Assembly (NCBI GenBank): GCA_964418245.1
Contig: CAYQKW010000002.1
Coordinates: 9,415-73,414 of the forward strand
DNA: 64,000 bases
Reading direction: 5' to 3'
Source of the DNA: an uncultured Oscillospiraceae bacterium
Lineage (GTDB): Bacteria > Bacillota > Clostridia > RUG12999
Under the pieces are notes generated by a model. The model was not told the DNA's origin. It searched no databases and was given only the letters and a program-made list of their open reading frames with translations. Positions 1 through 10,242 of the stretch are shown here, piece by piece. The position numbers and the translations under genes are program-made. Each line of letters opens with the position of its first letter. Position 1 is the stretch's first letter.

Positions 1-456
1 AAACATATCCCACGGTTCTATACGAACAGTTCCGCCTGTCCAGATAAAAACATCACGGTAAATTCCCGAACCCGAATACCATCTTGTTGACGGCTGAACA
101 TTCAAAACATCAATACTTAATTTATTGCTTTTGCCTTTTTTGATTTTATCGGTTAAATCGACCAAATACGGCGTATATCCGTGCGGATGCATATCAAGCA
201 GATTTTCGTTAAGATAAATTTTGGCACACATATATGCACCGTCTATATCAAGTATTGTATGTGCCGTATCTTCAAACTGCATATATTTCACATAAGACCC
301 TTTTGTTCCACCGAAAAACCCTGTTGAAGCTCCTCCCGGTACATTTTTGTTTCTCGGCAATGTAATAACATAATCATGCGGTAAATCAACCGTATATTTT
401 TCGGAAGATTCCGGCATGGAAAAATTCCATTTTTTTGAAATACATATTTTTTTCAT
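1..456 (-). CDS. Glycoside hydrolase family 2 (beta-galactosidase-like), N-terminal 152 codons; gene runs off the left edge
   Basis: Not in ORF track (no stop in window). Reverse ATG at 456-454 with GGGAGG (complement of 465-470) 8 nt upstream; own translation MKKICISKKWNFSMPESSEKYTVDLPHDYVITLPRNKNVPGGASTGFFGGTKGSYVKY... resembles GH2 sugar-binding N-domains; open in frame to position 1. Confidence 0.6.
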   Translation of the reverse strand, partial: MKKICISKKWNFSMPESSEKYTVDLPHDYVITLPRNKNVPGGASTGFFGGTKGSYVKYMQFEDTAHTILDIDGAYMCAKIYLNENLLDMHPHGYTPYLVDLTDKIKKGKSNKLSIDVLNVQPSTRWYSGSGIYRDVFIWTGGTVRIEPWDMF

Positions 457-625
457 ATCACATTCCTCCCGTTATTGACATATTGTATGTCATGATACAA
501 TTATATCATATAAACTATCTCAAGTCAATATAATTATTGTTTAAATAATACAACATGGTACTATATAATACGATATTTGTGTTGTTGTAAATCCGAAAAC
601 CTGAGATGTAGCAATGATACGGTAA

Positions 626-678
626 ATAAGACGACTTTTTCGGTGTAGGTATAAACCACCGATGAAAAATCGTCTTAT
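626..678 (-). terminator. Imperfect long hairpin downstream of the GH13 gene
   Basis: ataagacga (626-634) pairs with tcgtcttat (670-678), inner cggtg/caccg pairing; lies 34 nt after the stop at 712. Confidence 0.45.
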
Positions 679-711
679 GCGTCAAGACCGATTATTGAAT
701 AGAAATATATT

Positions 712-2055
712 TTATATTTCGTTTGTATAACTTAACACAACATAACCCTTCCTGTTCAAATAAAATTCTCCGTTGTTACATGATATACAGCCGTTTTCAA
801 AAATAATTTTTACAGTATTCGGTATTTTTTTGATTTTTATTCGTCGATTTTCATTTGATACATTTCCGACAAACAGAATGTTATCACTGTTATAGGTTCG
901 CTTAAAACTGATACAATTATCTGCGTCGGAATTGCTGAGCCATTGTGTTTTTCCATATCGCAAAACGTCATTTTCGGCTTTAAACCTGTTGAGTGTTTTT
1001 ATTATGTTCTGTCTTCTTACCGCAGCATTGGTATATTTTGCTCTGCGGCTTACTTCATATTTACCCATATGAAATCTGTTTGCGAACATATTTAATTTTG
1101 CACTGCAAGCAAGTTCGTTTCTACAGTATACCATAGGTATACCGTCCATAATATAATTTATAACAATTATCTGTTCTGTTCCATCGTGTCCTGCCGCAAT
1201 TTCAATACGTTCGGGCCAGTCGGTTACGGTATCGTGATTATCTATATCACGTAAAAGCAGTCCGCCTTCCGGCATTGTTTCTCTTGATTTTTCATCGGTT
1301 TCTATCAAATATTTCGGCTTTTCGATACCTGTAAATACTTTGTACAGAGCTTCGTGCCATAACCAAAAATACGAACCGTCAAATGCTGTTGCAAGTTTTT
1401 CATATTTGTCGCCTTCATTTATAAGAACCGCATCTTTTTTTATGCACTGTATTCTTCTTTTTGCCTCAACCCAGAAATCTATCGGAACATAGTCGCCAAT
1501 ATCACACCTGAAACCGTCAACATCAACAACACCTATATAATAGGTCATGTTGCAATACAGAAATTCTCTTAAGCCGTCGTTCCTGTAATCAAGAGCCGGG
1601 AAATGCCATTCTGTACAGATTATTTCGCCTTCCGGAGTCTGTTGCACAAATTCGGGGTATCGTTTTATTATCGAAGCATTCGGACCTATATGTGCATACA
1701 CTAAATCAAGCAGCACTTTCATGCCGAGAGTGTGTGCTTTTGCTACAAGTTCTTTAAGGTCTTCCATTGTTCCGTATTCACTGTCGATTGCGAAATAATC
1801 ATTCATTCTGTATGGATTTTTCGGATTTTCGGTTTCGGATGATTTCTGCCGTATGCTCCAATTACTTTTGTCTGTACTGTCATCTTCGCAGAATATCGGG
1901 CAAAGATATACAATATTAAATCCTATAGATTTCAAAAATTCCAACTCGGCGGCAATCGCTTTAATCGTTCCGTCGGCAGAAAATGTTCTCAAATTTACCT
2001 GATAAACCGCAGAACGAGCAAGCCATTCCGGTTGTTTTAATGCAATGTTTTTCAT
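712..2055 (-). CDS. GH13 alpha-amylase-family glycosidase, no signal peptide (cytoplasmic)
   Basis: 447 aa; GH13 conserved regions LLDLVYAHIGPN, DGFRCDIGDYVP, VLINEGD, IDNHDT. Confidence 0.85.
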   Translation of the reverse strand: MKNIALKQPEWLARSAVYQVNLRTFSADGTIKAIAAELEFLKSIGFNIVYLCPIFCEDDSTDKSNWSIRQKSSETENPKNPYRMNDYFAIDSEYGTMEDLKELVAKAHTLGMKVLLDLVYAHIGPNASIIKRYPEFVQQTPEGEIICTEWHFPALDYRNDGLREFLYCNMTYYIGVVDVDGFRCDIGDYVPIDFWVEAKRRIQCIKKDAVLINEGDKYEKLATAFDGSYFWLWHEALYKVFTGIEKPKYLIETDEKSRETMPEGGLLLRDIDNHDTVTDWPERIEIAAGHDGTEQIIVINYIMDGIPMVYCRNELACSAKLNMFANRFHMGKYEVSRRAKYTNAAVRRQNIIKTLNRFKAENDVLRYGKTQWLSNSDADNCISFKRTYNSDNILFVGNVSNENRRIKIKKIPNTVKIIFENGCISCNNGEFYLNRKGYVVLSYTNEI

Positions 2056-2377
2056 AATTTTTTCACAGCCTTTCCGTTCACAAATATAAAATTGTTTTCC
2101 TTAATGTCTTTATCTGTAAGCGAAAAAGAGATTAAGGTGAATTTGTGTTTTGTGCGTTTATCGGTACGCGGTTCTTTTTGATTATATCATAATAAACTGC
2201 GTCCGCAGTTGCATCTTTTATCCTATAGACTTATTTTATCATATAAATCCATACTTTGAAAGATATAAAAATCAAAAAAAGGGTTGTTTTTCGATACATA
2301 ATATGTTATAATTATAAATGTAAACACAAAATTATATCAAAAAAATTCCTGTTTTTGATACTTTATAAAAAGGATGA

Positions 2378-3148
2378 ATGGCAATGTTTGATAATGAAGT
2401 ACCTGCTGTAAAAGTAACAGATGTTCTGCACCTCAAATGGATAAGACCTATGTCGTATCACACGCCTGCACGTGATTTCGGTGCGTTAAGTTATCGAAAA
2501 ACCGCAAACACGGAATTTATTACGGACAGCGGTAATTTAACGGCAAACGACCACAGCATTTCATTTATTCCAAAAAACGTATCGTACCATCGACGGTCAT
2601 CGGTTGACGAGTTATATGTAATTCACTTTGAGACATATGGAAATACTTCGGGTTCGATACAAGTTTTTTATCCTCAGAATTATAAAGATTATGAATTGTT
2701 TTTTGAAGAAATATTTAATAAATGGCGTGGGAAACATACGGGATACGTATATAAATGCAACAGCATACTGAATGATATTTTATATAATATAAATAAAAAT
2801 TTATATTCATCTTACGAAAAAAACTCATCGAATGCCGCTGAACGTATCGCACAAATAATCGAAAAAAATTTATCGAACCCGGAATTTTCTCTTTCGTCAC
2901 TGCCGAAGGAAATAGGTATCAGCGAAGCATATATAAGAAGAAAATTTGCCGAAAAATTTAATATGCCGCCAAAAGAGTATCAAATGCAAATCAGGTTGGA
3001 ATATGCAAAAGTTCTTTTGCAAACAGGTTTGTTCAACGTTAAGGAAACTGCTTTGCAATGCGGATTTACCAATGAAAAGTATTTTTCTGTATTATTTAAA
3101 GAACGTTTTTTTGTTTTGCCGTCAGAATATCGAAAGAAGTATTTTTAA
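2378..3148 (+). CDS. AraC-family transcriptional regulator
   Basis: 256 aa; C-terminal double HTH (ISEAYIRRKFAEKFNMPPKEYQMQIRLEYAKVLL...CGFTNEKYFSVLFKERF); divergent from the GH13 gene. Confidence 0.85.
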   Translation: MAMFDNEVPAVKVTDVLHLKWIRPMSYHTPARDFGALSYRKTANTEFITDSGNLTANDHSISFIPKNVSYHRRSSVDELYVIHFETYGNTSGSIQVFYPQNYKDYELFFEEIFNKWRGKHTGYVYKCNSILNDILYNINKNLYSSYEKNSSNAAERIAQIIEKNLSNPEFSLSSLPKEIGISEAYIRRKFAEKFNMPPKEYQMQIRLEYAKVLLQTGLFNVKETALQCGFTNEKYFSVLFKERFFVLPSEYRKKYF

Positions 3149-3188
3149 CAATTTTGGGCATTGTTGCCGTGGAATTGATATAACGGCG

Positions 3189-3228
3189 AACAGCCCTCGT
3201 TTTGAGCGTCGTGCAAAACAGGGCTGTT
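3189..3228. terminator. Bidirectional hairpin between convergent AraC gene and prfA
   Basis: aacagccct(c)gttttg / caaaacagggctgtt, 15 bp with one bulge, 9-nt loop, followed by tatttta. Confidence 0.6.
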
Positions 3229-3250
3229 TATTTTATTACATAATCATTTT

Positions 3251-4312
3251 TTAGTTTTCGGTATGTTTAAGTTTTTCGCTTTGGTCTGCGGTTATGAGTG
3301 AATCTATAAGTTCGTCCAAATCACCGTTTAAAATCTGTTCCAATTTATGCAGAGTAAGCCCTATTCTGTGGTCTGTTACACGACCTTGAGGATAGTTATA
3401 TGTTCTGATACGTTCGCTTCTGTCACCGGTACCAACCTGGCTTTTTCTTTCTTCTGCAAGTTCGGCGTGCTGTTTTCTCTGAGATTCTTCGTAAAGTTTT
3501 GAACGCAGAATTTTCATTGCCGCATCTTTATTCTGGAACTGTGAACGTTCCGACTGACACGCAACAACTATTCCCGTTGGGATATGTGTTATACGAACAG
3601 CCGATTCCGTTTTGTTGATATGCTGACCGCCGGCACCGCTGGCACGATATACATCTATTCGCAAATCTGCCGGATTTACTTCAACGGTTTGTTCTTCAAC
3701 TTCCGGAAGCACCGCAACCGTTACGGTTGAAGTGTGTATTCTTCCGCTCGATTCCGTTTCGGGAACACGCTGAACCCTGTGAACACCGCTTTCAAACTTA
3801 AAACGGCTGTATGCACCTTTTCCCGAAATCTGAAATACAATTTCTTTAAAACCGCCCAAACCGGTTTCGTTTTGGTCTATAATTTCAACTTTATATCTTT
3901 TACTTTCGGAATACATCGAATACATTCTGAAAAGAACCCCGGCAAACAATGCCGCTTCATCTCCGCCGGCACCGCCTCGAATTTCTATTATAACGTTTTT
4001 CTCATCATTTGGGTCGGTAGGCAGCAATAAAATCTTAAGCTCATTAGAAGAACTTTCGATTCTTTCTCGTGCATCGGCAAGTTCAAGTTCCGCCATATCG
4101 TGAAATTCTTTGTCTGAAAGCATTTCTTTTGCGTCCGCTTCATCCTGCTTTGCTCTTTTATATTCTCTGTATTTTTCAACTATGGGCGTTATATCCGAAA
4201 GTTCTTTGCAAAGCTTGCTCCAAAGCTCGGTATCCGCAATAATTTCAGGGTCGCTCACTTGTGCATTAAGCTCCGCAAATCGGCTTTCTATAAAGTCCAG
4301 TTTATCAAACAT
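3251..4312 (-). CDS. prfA: Peptide chain release factor 1
   Basis: GGQ motif ([20 protein letters not shown]) and RF1-type P-x-T (RVPETESSG). Start moved to ATG 4312 ([12 protein letters not shown]...), GGAAAGGA SD about 8 nt upstream. Confidence 0.95.
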   Translation of the reverse strand: MFDKLDFIESRFAELNAQVSDPEIIADTELWSKLCKELSDITPIVEKYREYKRAKQDEADAKEMLSDKEFHDMAELELADARERIESSSNELKILLLPTDPNDEKNVIIEIRGGAGGDEAALFAGVLFRMYSMYSESKRYKVEIIDQNETGLGGFKEIVFQISGKGAYSRFKFESGVHRVQRVPETESSGRIHTSTVTVAVLPEVEEQTVEVNPADLRIDVYRASGAGGQHINKTESAVRITHIPTGIVVACQSERSQFQNKDAAMKILRSKLYEESQRKQHAELAEERKSQVGTGDRSERIRTYNYPQGRVTDHRIGLTLHKLEQILNGDLDELIDSLITADQSEKLKHTEN

Positions 4313-4329
4313 GTTCTGTTTCCTTTCCG

Positions 4330-6261
4330 TTACCAAATAACTTTTGTATCAACATCCTGTTTTATGAGTGTGTAGAAATCTTCTTTTTTCATTGCACCTA
4401 TATCGCCTTCACCTCTTTTTCTGACACCGACTGCACCGTCCTCGATTTCTTTATCGCCGACAACGAGCATATAAGGTATTTTGGCAAGCTGTGCTTCACG
4501 GATTTTATATCCCATTTTTTCCGCTCTTGTATCAACTTCGGCACGCATTCCCATTTTTGTGAGTGTATCTTTAATATCATATGCATAATCGCTGTGTTTA
4601 TCGGAAATAGGTATAATTTCAACCTGAACCGGTGCAAGCCATACAGGGAACGCTCCGGCATATTTTTCGATAAGCAATGCAAGCGTTCTTTCGTAACAGC
4701 CAATTGACGTTCTGTGTATGATATACGGATTTTTCTTGCTTCCGTCGGAATCCGTATATACCATACCGAATTTTTCCGCAAGCAGCTGGTCTATCTGTAT
4801 TGTTATGAGTGTATCTTCTTTGCCGTGAACATTCTTAATCTGAATATCGAGTTTCGGACCGTAGAATGCTGCTTCGCCTACTCCGATTTTATAAGGGATT
4901 TCCAAATGGTCAAGGATTTTTTTCATAATTCCCTGTGCTTCGTCCCACTGTTCCTCGGTGCCTATATATTTATCTTTATCCGAAGGATCCCACTGAGAGA
5001 AACGGTAGGATACATCTTCGTAAAGTCCGAGTGTTTTAAGCATATATATAGCCATTTCCAAACAGCCTTTAAATTCCTGTTCCAGCTGGTCGGGTCTGCA
5101 CATTAAATGTCCTTCGGAAATTGTAAATTGACGCACTCTGATAAGTCCGTGCATTTCTCCGGAAGCTTCGTTTCTGAAAAGTGTTGATGTTTCATCGTAA
5201 CGCAGCGGCAAATCTCTGTAACTTCTCATTTCGTTGAGATATGCCTGGTACTGGAACGGACAAGTCATCGGACGAAGTGCAAAAACTTCTTTATCATTTT
5301 CTTCATCGCCCATTACGAACATACCCTCTTTATAATGATCCCAATGCCCCGAAAGTTTGTATAAATCACTTTTTGCCATAAGCGGTGTTTTGGTGAGCTG
5401 CCAGCCGTGAAGTGCTTCGTAATCTTCCACAAATCTTTGTAACAGCTGAATAACTTTTGCACCTTTCGGCAGCATTATGGGAAGTCCCTGTCCGATTACG
5501 TCAACAGTTGTAAAAAATCCGAGTTCGCGTCCGAGTTTGTTGTGGTCACGTTTTTTAGCTTCTTCGAGAGCTTCGAGATGAGCATCCAAATCAGCTTTTT
5601 TTGTGAATGCCGTTCCGTAAATACGGCGGAGCATTTTATTCTTTTCGTTACCTCTCCAATAAGCGCCCGTTACGCTTAACAATTTATATGCTTTAACAGC
5701 ACCGGTTGACATAAGATGAGGACCGGCACAAAGGTCGGTATATTCGCCCTGTTTGTAAAAACTTATTGTTTCGCCCTCCGGGAGGTCGTTTATAAGCTCA
5801 ATTTTATACGGTTCGTCAGCCATAAGTTTAAGTGCTTCTTCTTTCGGAAGTTCAAAACGTTCAAGCGGAAGATTTTCTTTTATGATTTTTTTCATTTCTT
5901 TTTCGATTTCATCAATATGCTCGTTTGTTATATCTCCGTCAAAATCATAATAAAATCCGTCATCAATCGATGGACCTATCGCAAGTTTTACATCGGGATA
6001 AAGTCTTTTCACCGCCTGAGCCATAATATGCGATACGGTGTGGCGGTATGCACCCTTTCCCTCATCATCGTTAAATGTAAGTATATTAAGCGTGCAGTCT
6101 TTGTCGATAACGGTTCTCAAATCACATACTTCTCCGTCAATTTCCGCTGCCGTTGCAACTCTTGCAAGACCATCGCTGATTTTTTTTGCTGCCTCGATTA
6201 CGCTTATCGGCGATTCCGATTCAAGCACATCTCCGCTTTTTAATGTAATGTTTATCATCAC
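4330..6261 (-). CDS. thrS: Threonine--tRNA ligase
   Basis: 643 aa; N-terminal TGS domain, editing-domain HxxxH ([12 protein letters not shown]), class II core ([19 protein letters not shown]), anticodon-binding C-terminus. Confidence 0.97.
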   Translation of the reverse strand: MMINITLKSGDVLESESPISVIEAAKKISDGLARVATAAEIDGEVCDLRTVIDKDCTLNILTFNDDEGKGAYRHTVSHIMAQAVKRLYPDVKLAIGPSIDDGFYYDFDGDITNEHIDEIEKEMKKIIKENLPLERFELPKEEALKLMADEPYKIELINDLPEGETISFYKQGEYTDLCAGPHLMSTGAVKAYKLLSVTGAYWRGNEKNKMLRRIYGTAFTKKADLDAHLEALEEAKKRDHNKLGRELGFFTTVDVIGQGLPIMLPKGAKVIQLLQRFVEDYEALHGWQLTKTPLMAKSDLYKLSGHWDHYKEGMFVMGDEENDKEVFALRPMTCPFQYQAYLNEMRSYRDLPLRYDETSTLFRNEASGEMHGLIRVRQFTISEGHLMCRPDQLEQEFKGCLEMAIYMLKTLGLYEDVSYRFSQWDPSDKDKYIGTEEQWDEAQGIMKKILDHLEIPYKIGVGEAAFYGPKLDIQIKNVHGKEDTLITIQIDQLLAEKFGMVYTDSDGSKKNPYIIHRTSIGCYERTLALLIEKYAGAFPVWLAPVQVEIIPISDKHSDYAYDIKDTLTKMGMRAEVDTRAEKMGYKIREAQLAKIPYMLVVGDKEIEDGAVGVRKRGEGDIGAMKKEDFYTLIKQDVDTKVIW

Positions 6262-6280
6262 AATTCAATCCTTTCGTATA

Positions 6281-7108
6281 TTAATTATCGTAAACGGCAG
6301 ATATTCTGCCGAAAATCACTCGTTTAATTCCGGATAAATCCGCAATAAAGTCTATATTTTTAAAATTTTGTTTCATAATGTGATACACATCGTCCGCCTG
6401 GTCATATCCCAATTCAAATGCTAAAATTCCGCCGTTGTTTAAAATATACGGGGCAATTTCGGCAATGCGTTCATAAAAAATCAAACCGCCGATTCCTCCG
6501 TCCAATGCCGCCATAGGCTCAAAATCTTTAACATCGGGTTCAAGTGTTTTTATATCTTCGCTTTTTATATACGGCGGATTTGAAACAATAAAATCATATC
6601 TGCCGTTTGGAATTTCGTTTAGAATATCGGCTTTAAAAAAATGTATGTCTGCACCGAGCAAAGCCGCATTTTCTTTTGCGGTTTCAAGTGCCGGTTCCGA
6701 TATATCCAAAGCCGCAACCGAGGTATCGGGTAATGCTTTTTTTACCGAAATTGCAATACAGCCGCTCCCGGTGCATATGTCCATTAAGCTTTTTGGTTTG
6801 GAATTTATCGCAAATTCCGTTAAAATTTCCGTATCGGGTCTTGGAATAAGCACGTTTTGATTCACTTTGAAATTATGCCCGTAAAATTCTTTTTCCCCGA
6901 TGATATACGCAAACGGCATACCCGCTTTTCTTTTATTCAGCAAATCAATATATTTTTCGCATATATCGGGCGGAATATCCTTTTCGGGATGAACTGTTAT
7001 ATATGTCAGGTCAAGTCCCGAAACAAAAGAAAGAATAAGCCGTGCTTCTTTATACGGATTTTCCGTATTCAAAATTCCGCCTCTTTCAATAAGTTCGCGT
7101 ATTACCAT
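6281..7108 (-). CDS. prmC: Release-factor glutamine N5-methyltransferase
   Basis: NPPY motif (VSNPPYI), SAM motif DICTGSGCIA. Start chosen at ATG 7108 (MVIRELIERG), AGAGGA SD 6 nt upstream, overlapping the DUF1385 stop; ORF-track start 7153 is also possible. Confidence 0.9.
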   Translation of the reverse strand: MVIRELIERGGILNTENPYKEARLILSFVSGLDLTYITVHPEKDIPPDICEKYIDLLNKRKAGMPFAYIIGEKEFYGHNFKVNQNVLIPRPDTEILTEFAINSKPKSLMDICTGSGCIAISVKKALPDTSVAALDISEPALETAKENAALLGADIHFFKADILNEIPNGRYDFIVSNPPYIKSEDIKTLEPDVKDFEPMAALDGGIGGLIFYERIAEIAPYILNNGGILAFELGYDQADDVYHIMKQNFKNIDFIADLSGIKRVIFGRISAVYDN

Positions 7109-8040
7109 TTGTCGTCCTCTTTGTTTCCTGTCATAACGGCGGTTAAGGAACAAAGCGCAACTTCAATCTGCTCATCATCCGGTTCACGTGTTGTAAGTCT
7201 TTGCAGCCAAAGTCCAGGTTTGTTTACGATTCCCATAATTTTATTATCGTATTTTCCGGCAAGTTTTATCACTTCGTATGCAAGTCCGGCAACAACCGGC
7301 ATAAGCGCCAGTTTCGTAAGCATTCTTACAAATATGTTATCCCAGGAAAGGAACGAGAATACAATTACACTTATAATCATAACTTCAATAAGAAAACTGG
7401 TTCCGCATCTCGGATGAAATCTCGAATGCTTGCGGACGTTTTCTACGGTTAGTTCATCGCCGTGTTCGTAACACGCAATGGATTTGTGTTCCGCTCCGTG
7501 ATATTGAAACACTCGCTGCATTTCTTTTGTTCTTGAAACAAGGAATATATAAAGCACGAATATTCCCATTCTCACAACACCTTCAATAAGGCTTTTTATA
7601 ACGTTGTTCGTAATGAAAAACGTTGCATATTTAGTTATGAGTGCGGGGAGCATAACAAAAAGTCCCATTGCAAGAATAAGCGACAGCACAAGCGATGTAT
7701 AAACCAAAACATCCTTGTTACCGAATACTTTTTCGAGCCATAAATCAAATTTCGACGGTTTATATGTCGGGTCATCTTCTTCGCCGTCATAAAGCTCGGC
7801 GGAAAACATAAGAGTTTTTATGCCGACCACCATTGATTCTATAAACGAAACCACACCGCGTATAATAGGCAGTTTTAAAAATTTGTATTTTTGAATTACG
7901 GAAGCCACGGGTTTTTTGTCAAGAACAATTTCTCCGTCGCTTTTTCGCACGGCGACGGCAATGTCTTTCGGGCCTTTCATCATAACGCCTTCAATAACGG
8001 CCTGACCGCCTATGCTGGTTTTGTGTATTTCTTTATTCAT
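7102..8040 (-). CDS. DUF1385-family membrane protein (YqhQ-like)
   Basis: 312 aa; SIGGQAVIEGVMMKGP and YHGAEHKSI motifs plus TM segments; family commonly linked to prmC/prfA in Firmicutes. Confidence 0.85.
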   Translation of the reverse strand: MNKEIHKTSIGGQAVIEGVMMKGPKDIAVAVRKSDGEIVLDKKPVASVIQKYKFLKLPIIRGVVSFIESMVVGIKTLMFSAELYDGEEDDPTYKPSKFDLWLEKVFGNKDVLVYTSLVLSLILAMGLFVMLPALITKYATFFITNNVIKSLIEGVVRMGIFVLYIFLVSRTKEMQRVFQYHGAEHKSIACYEHGDELTVENVRKHSRFHPRCGTSFLIEVMIISVIVFSFLSWDNIFVRMLTKLALMPVVAGLAYEVIKLAGKYDNKIMGIVNKPGLWLQRLTTREPDDEQIEVALCSLTAVMTGNKEDDKW

Positions 8041-8053
8041 ATCTTCACTCCGT

Positions 8054-8965
8054 TCAGTTTGTAACTTTGTTTACCATAGATTCTTTATATCGCTTTCTGT
8101 AACGCAACGGCGTTATGTTTTCGGTTTTTTTGAATATATCGTTAAATCGCTGCTGACTTAAAAAACCCACGCTTATCGCAATATCACTTATTTTCATATC
8201 GGTTTTTACCAAAAAATCCTTTGCGGCATCTATACGCACCTTTAAAATAAAACTTTTCGGACTTATGCCGAAAGTATCTTTAAAGCTGTGTGCAAAATAA
8301 CTTTCGCTTAAATATACATACCGTGCAATATCGCGCAAAGAAAGTTCTTTGTCGTAATTTTGCAAGATATATTCTTTTGCGGCATTCATGCTTTCGGAGA
8401 GATTCATACTTTTGTATCGCGTGTTTTCGATAATTTCTTGCTTTATTGTACGTGATATATGAACAAAAAGTTCAAGCGAAAGCAAGTATATCAAAAAATC
8501 ATTCCACGGCTCTTTTCTTTCACGTTCCCGAAGAATTTTGCGAAGAACGCTTAAAATTTCGTTTTTCGGACCCGGATTGAGCAATACAAACGGAGAATTG
8601 TCCAAACCTTTTATATTATCGATAAAGTCTTCAATTCCGCTGTCGCTTAAAACGGCACCGTGAGTATCACTGAATACAAACGAAAGTACAATAAATTCGC
8701 ATGATGTCGAGGAAACGCTGAATTTATGCCATTGATGAGGTTTTATTATTACTATTGTATGAGCGGAAAGGTCAACAGCCTGACCGGATATTGTAAATGT
8801 TGCCGAACCTTTTTTCATATATACCATTTCATAGCAATCATGAATGTTTTCTTTCATAGACCATGTTGTGTCATGAACTTTTTCGAGTGATTTTACGATT
8901 ACGGGAAGATGTGTAAGCCCGAACATTGTTTCGTTCCAGCCGTGAGGCAGTAATGAATTTTCCAT
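8054..8965 (-). CDS. AraC-family transcriptional regulator (cupin N-domain + HTH)
   Basis: 303 aa; C-terminal LSLRDIARYVYLSESYFAHSFKDTFGISPKSFILKVRIDAAKDFL...VGFLSQQRFNDIFKK. Confidence 0.85.
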   Translation of the reverse strand: MENSLLPHGWNETMFGLTHLPVIVKSLEKVHDTTWSMKENIHDCYEMVYMKKGSATFTISGQAVDLSAHTIVIIKPHQWHKFSVSSTSCEFIVLSFVFSDTHGAVLSDSGIEDFIDNIKGLDNSPFVLLNPGPKNEILSVLRKILRERERKEPWNDFLIYLLSLELFVHISRTIKQEIIENTRYKSMNLSESMNAAKEYILQNYDKELSLRDIARYVYLSESYFAHSFKDTFGISPKSFILKVRIDAAKDFLVKTDMKISDIAISVGFLSQQRFNDIFKKTENITPLRYRKRYKESMVNKVTN

Positions 8966-9075
8966 ATTATCCTCCTTGCTTGACCGCTGCGGTCATATTT
9001 TCAACTCAATATGCAATATTAAAGTTTTTTGTTTCGCACATTGAGCAGGGTACAAGTAAAAAACCCCTAAATATA

Positions 9076-9104
9076 ATTTTATAATTATTTTGACAAAATG
9101 TCAA
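9076..9104 (-). promoter_or_regulatory. Candidate sigma-A promoter for the AraC gene at 8054-8965
   Basis: Reverse strand TTGACA(9104-9099)-N17-TAAAAT(9081-9076); the -35 is part of the palindrome TTGACAAAATGTCAA (9090-9104). Confidence 0.45.
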
Positions 9105-9274
9105 TAGTTTAAGCTAAATTTATATAAAAAATATTGATTTTTGTTGAAATTTATTATAATATTACAAACAAAAGCGGTTGTTGTTTACATAACATACAGC
9201 GAGTTCGTCTGCAAAATGGGGGGTATACGTGCATTTTCGCAATAAACCCTTTGTTTTTTTGTGTAAAATTACAC

Positions 9275-9303
9275 TTGACATTGTTCAATATCGGTGATAT
9301 ACT
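9275..9303 (+). promoter_or_regulatory. Candidate sigma-A promoter for the DMT transporter / SGNH operon
   Basis: TTGACA(9275-9280)-N17-TATACT(9298-9303), 30 nt upstream of ATG 9333. Confidence 0.6.
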
Positions 9304-9332
9304 AAGAATATATTAAAAAGCAGGGTGAAATT

Positions 9333-10229
9333 ATGGCGAATACTAAACTTAAAGGGAATTTAATATTGCTTATTACGGCTGTTGTCTGGGGCATATCTTT
9401 TGTATCGCAGCGTTCAGGTATGTCGTACATAAAAGCGTTTACGTTCAACGGAATAAGAACAATGCTCGGTGCATTGGTGCTTATTCCGGTAATTATTATA
9501 ACGGACAGAAAAAAAGCTCCCGGAGAAATTAAAACAAAAAACAAAAAAACATTGTTAAAAGCCGGTGTTTTGTGCGGTGTACTTCTCGGTGCGGCAGGCA
9601 CAATTCAAACATACGGCATGGTGTATACAAGTGCCGGCAAGGCCGGGTTTATAACGGCGTTATATTTAATTATAGTGCCGATTTTAGGCATATTCATGAA
9701 AAAGAAAATACGTCCGCTTGTGTGGGGCTGTGTTGCACTTGCAACAGTGGGAATGTATTTTTTATGCGTAAACGGGTCAATTGATATAAACAAAGGCGAT
9801 TTGATAGTCCTTTGCTGTTCGTTTATATTTGCGCTGCATATACTTGCCGTGGATAAATATGCCCCGGAAGTAGAGGGCGTGAAACTTGCATTTTTGCAAT
9901 TCTTCGTTGCGGGACTTTTGAATATCATACTTATGTTTATTTTTGACAATCCCGATTTTTCAGCCGTATGGCAGTGTCGGACGGAAATTTTGTATTCCGG
10001 AATAATGTCGTGCGGACTTGCATATACATTACAGATTATAGGGCAAAAATATACAGACCCAACATCCGCATCGCTTATAATGAGTATGGAATCGGTGTTT
10101 TCGGCACTTGCCGGCTGGGTAATTTTGAATGAAAAATTAAAGACAAATGAAATATTCGGTTGTGTTTTGGTATTTGCGGCAATTATATTGGTGCAGCTGC
10201 CCGAGAAAGTAAAAGATAAGGTACATTGA
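9333..10229 (+). CDS. DMT-superfamily (EamA-like) transporter
   Basis: 298 aa, about 10 predicted TM helices, two EamA-type halves. Confidence 0.85.
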   Translation: MANTKLKGNLILLITAVVWGISFVSQRSGMSYIKAFTFNGIRTMLGALVLIPVIIITDRKKAPGEIKTKNKKTLLKAGVLCGVLLGAAGTIQTYGMVYTSAGKAGFITALYLIIVPILGIFMKKKIRPLVWGCVALATVGMYFLCVNGSIDINKGDLIVLCCSFIFALHILAVDKYAPEVEGVKLAFLQFFVAGLLNIILMFIFDNPDFSAVWQCRTEILYSGIMSCGLAYTLQIIGQKYTDPTSASLIMSMESVFSALAGWVILNEKLKTNEIFGCVLVFAAIILVQLPEKVKDKVH

Positions 10230-10242
10230 AAGGATGAATAAT

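Noticed and set aside
6262-6280. Search for a T-box leader upstream of thrS
   Set aside because: Only 19 nt separate thrS from the prmC stop, and no specifier or T-box sequence is present.
9105-9274. Possible structured leader or riboswitch upstream of the DMT transporter (gcaaaatggggggtatacgtgcattttcgc hairpin)
   Set aside because: It lies upstream of the best promoter for that gene (9275-9303). It has no resemblance to any riboswitch class I can recall, and the stems are short and interrupted.
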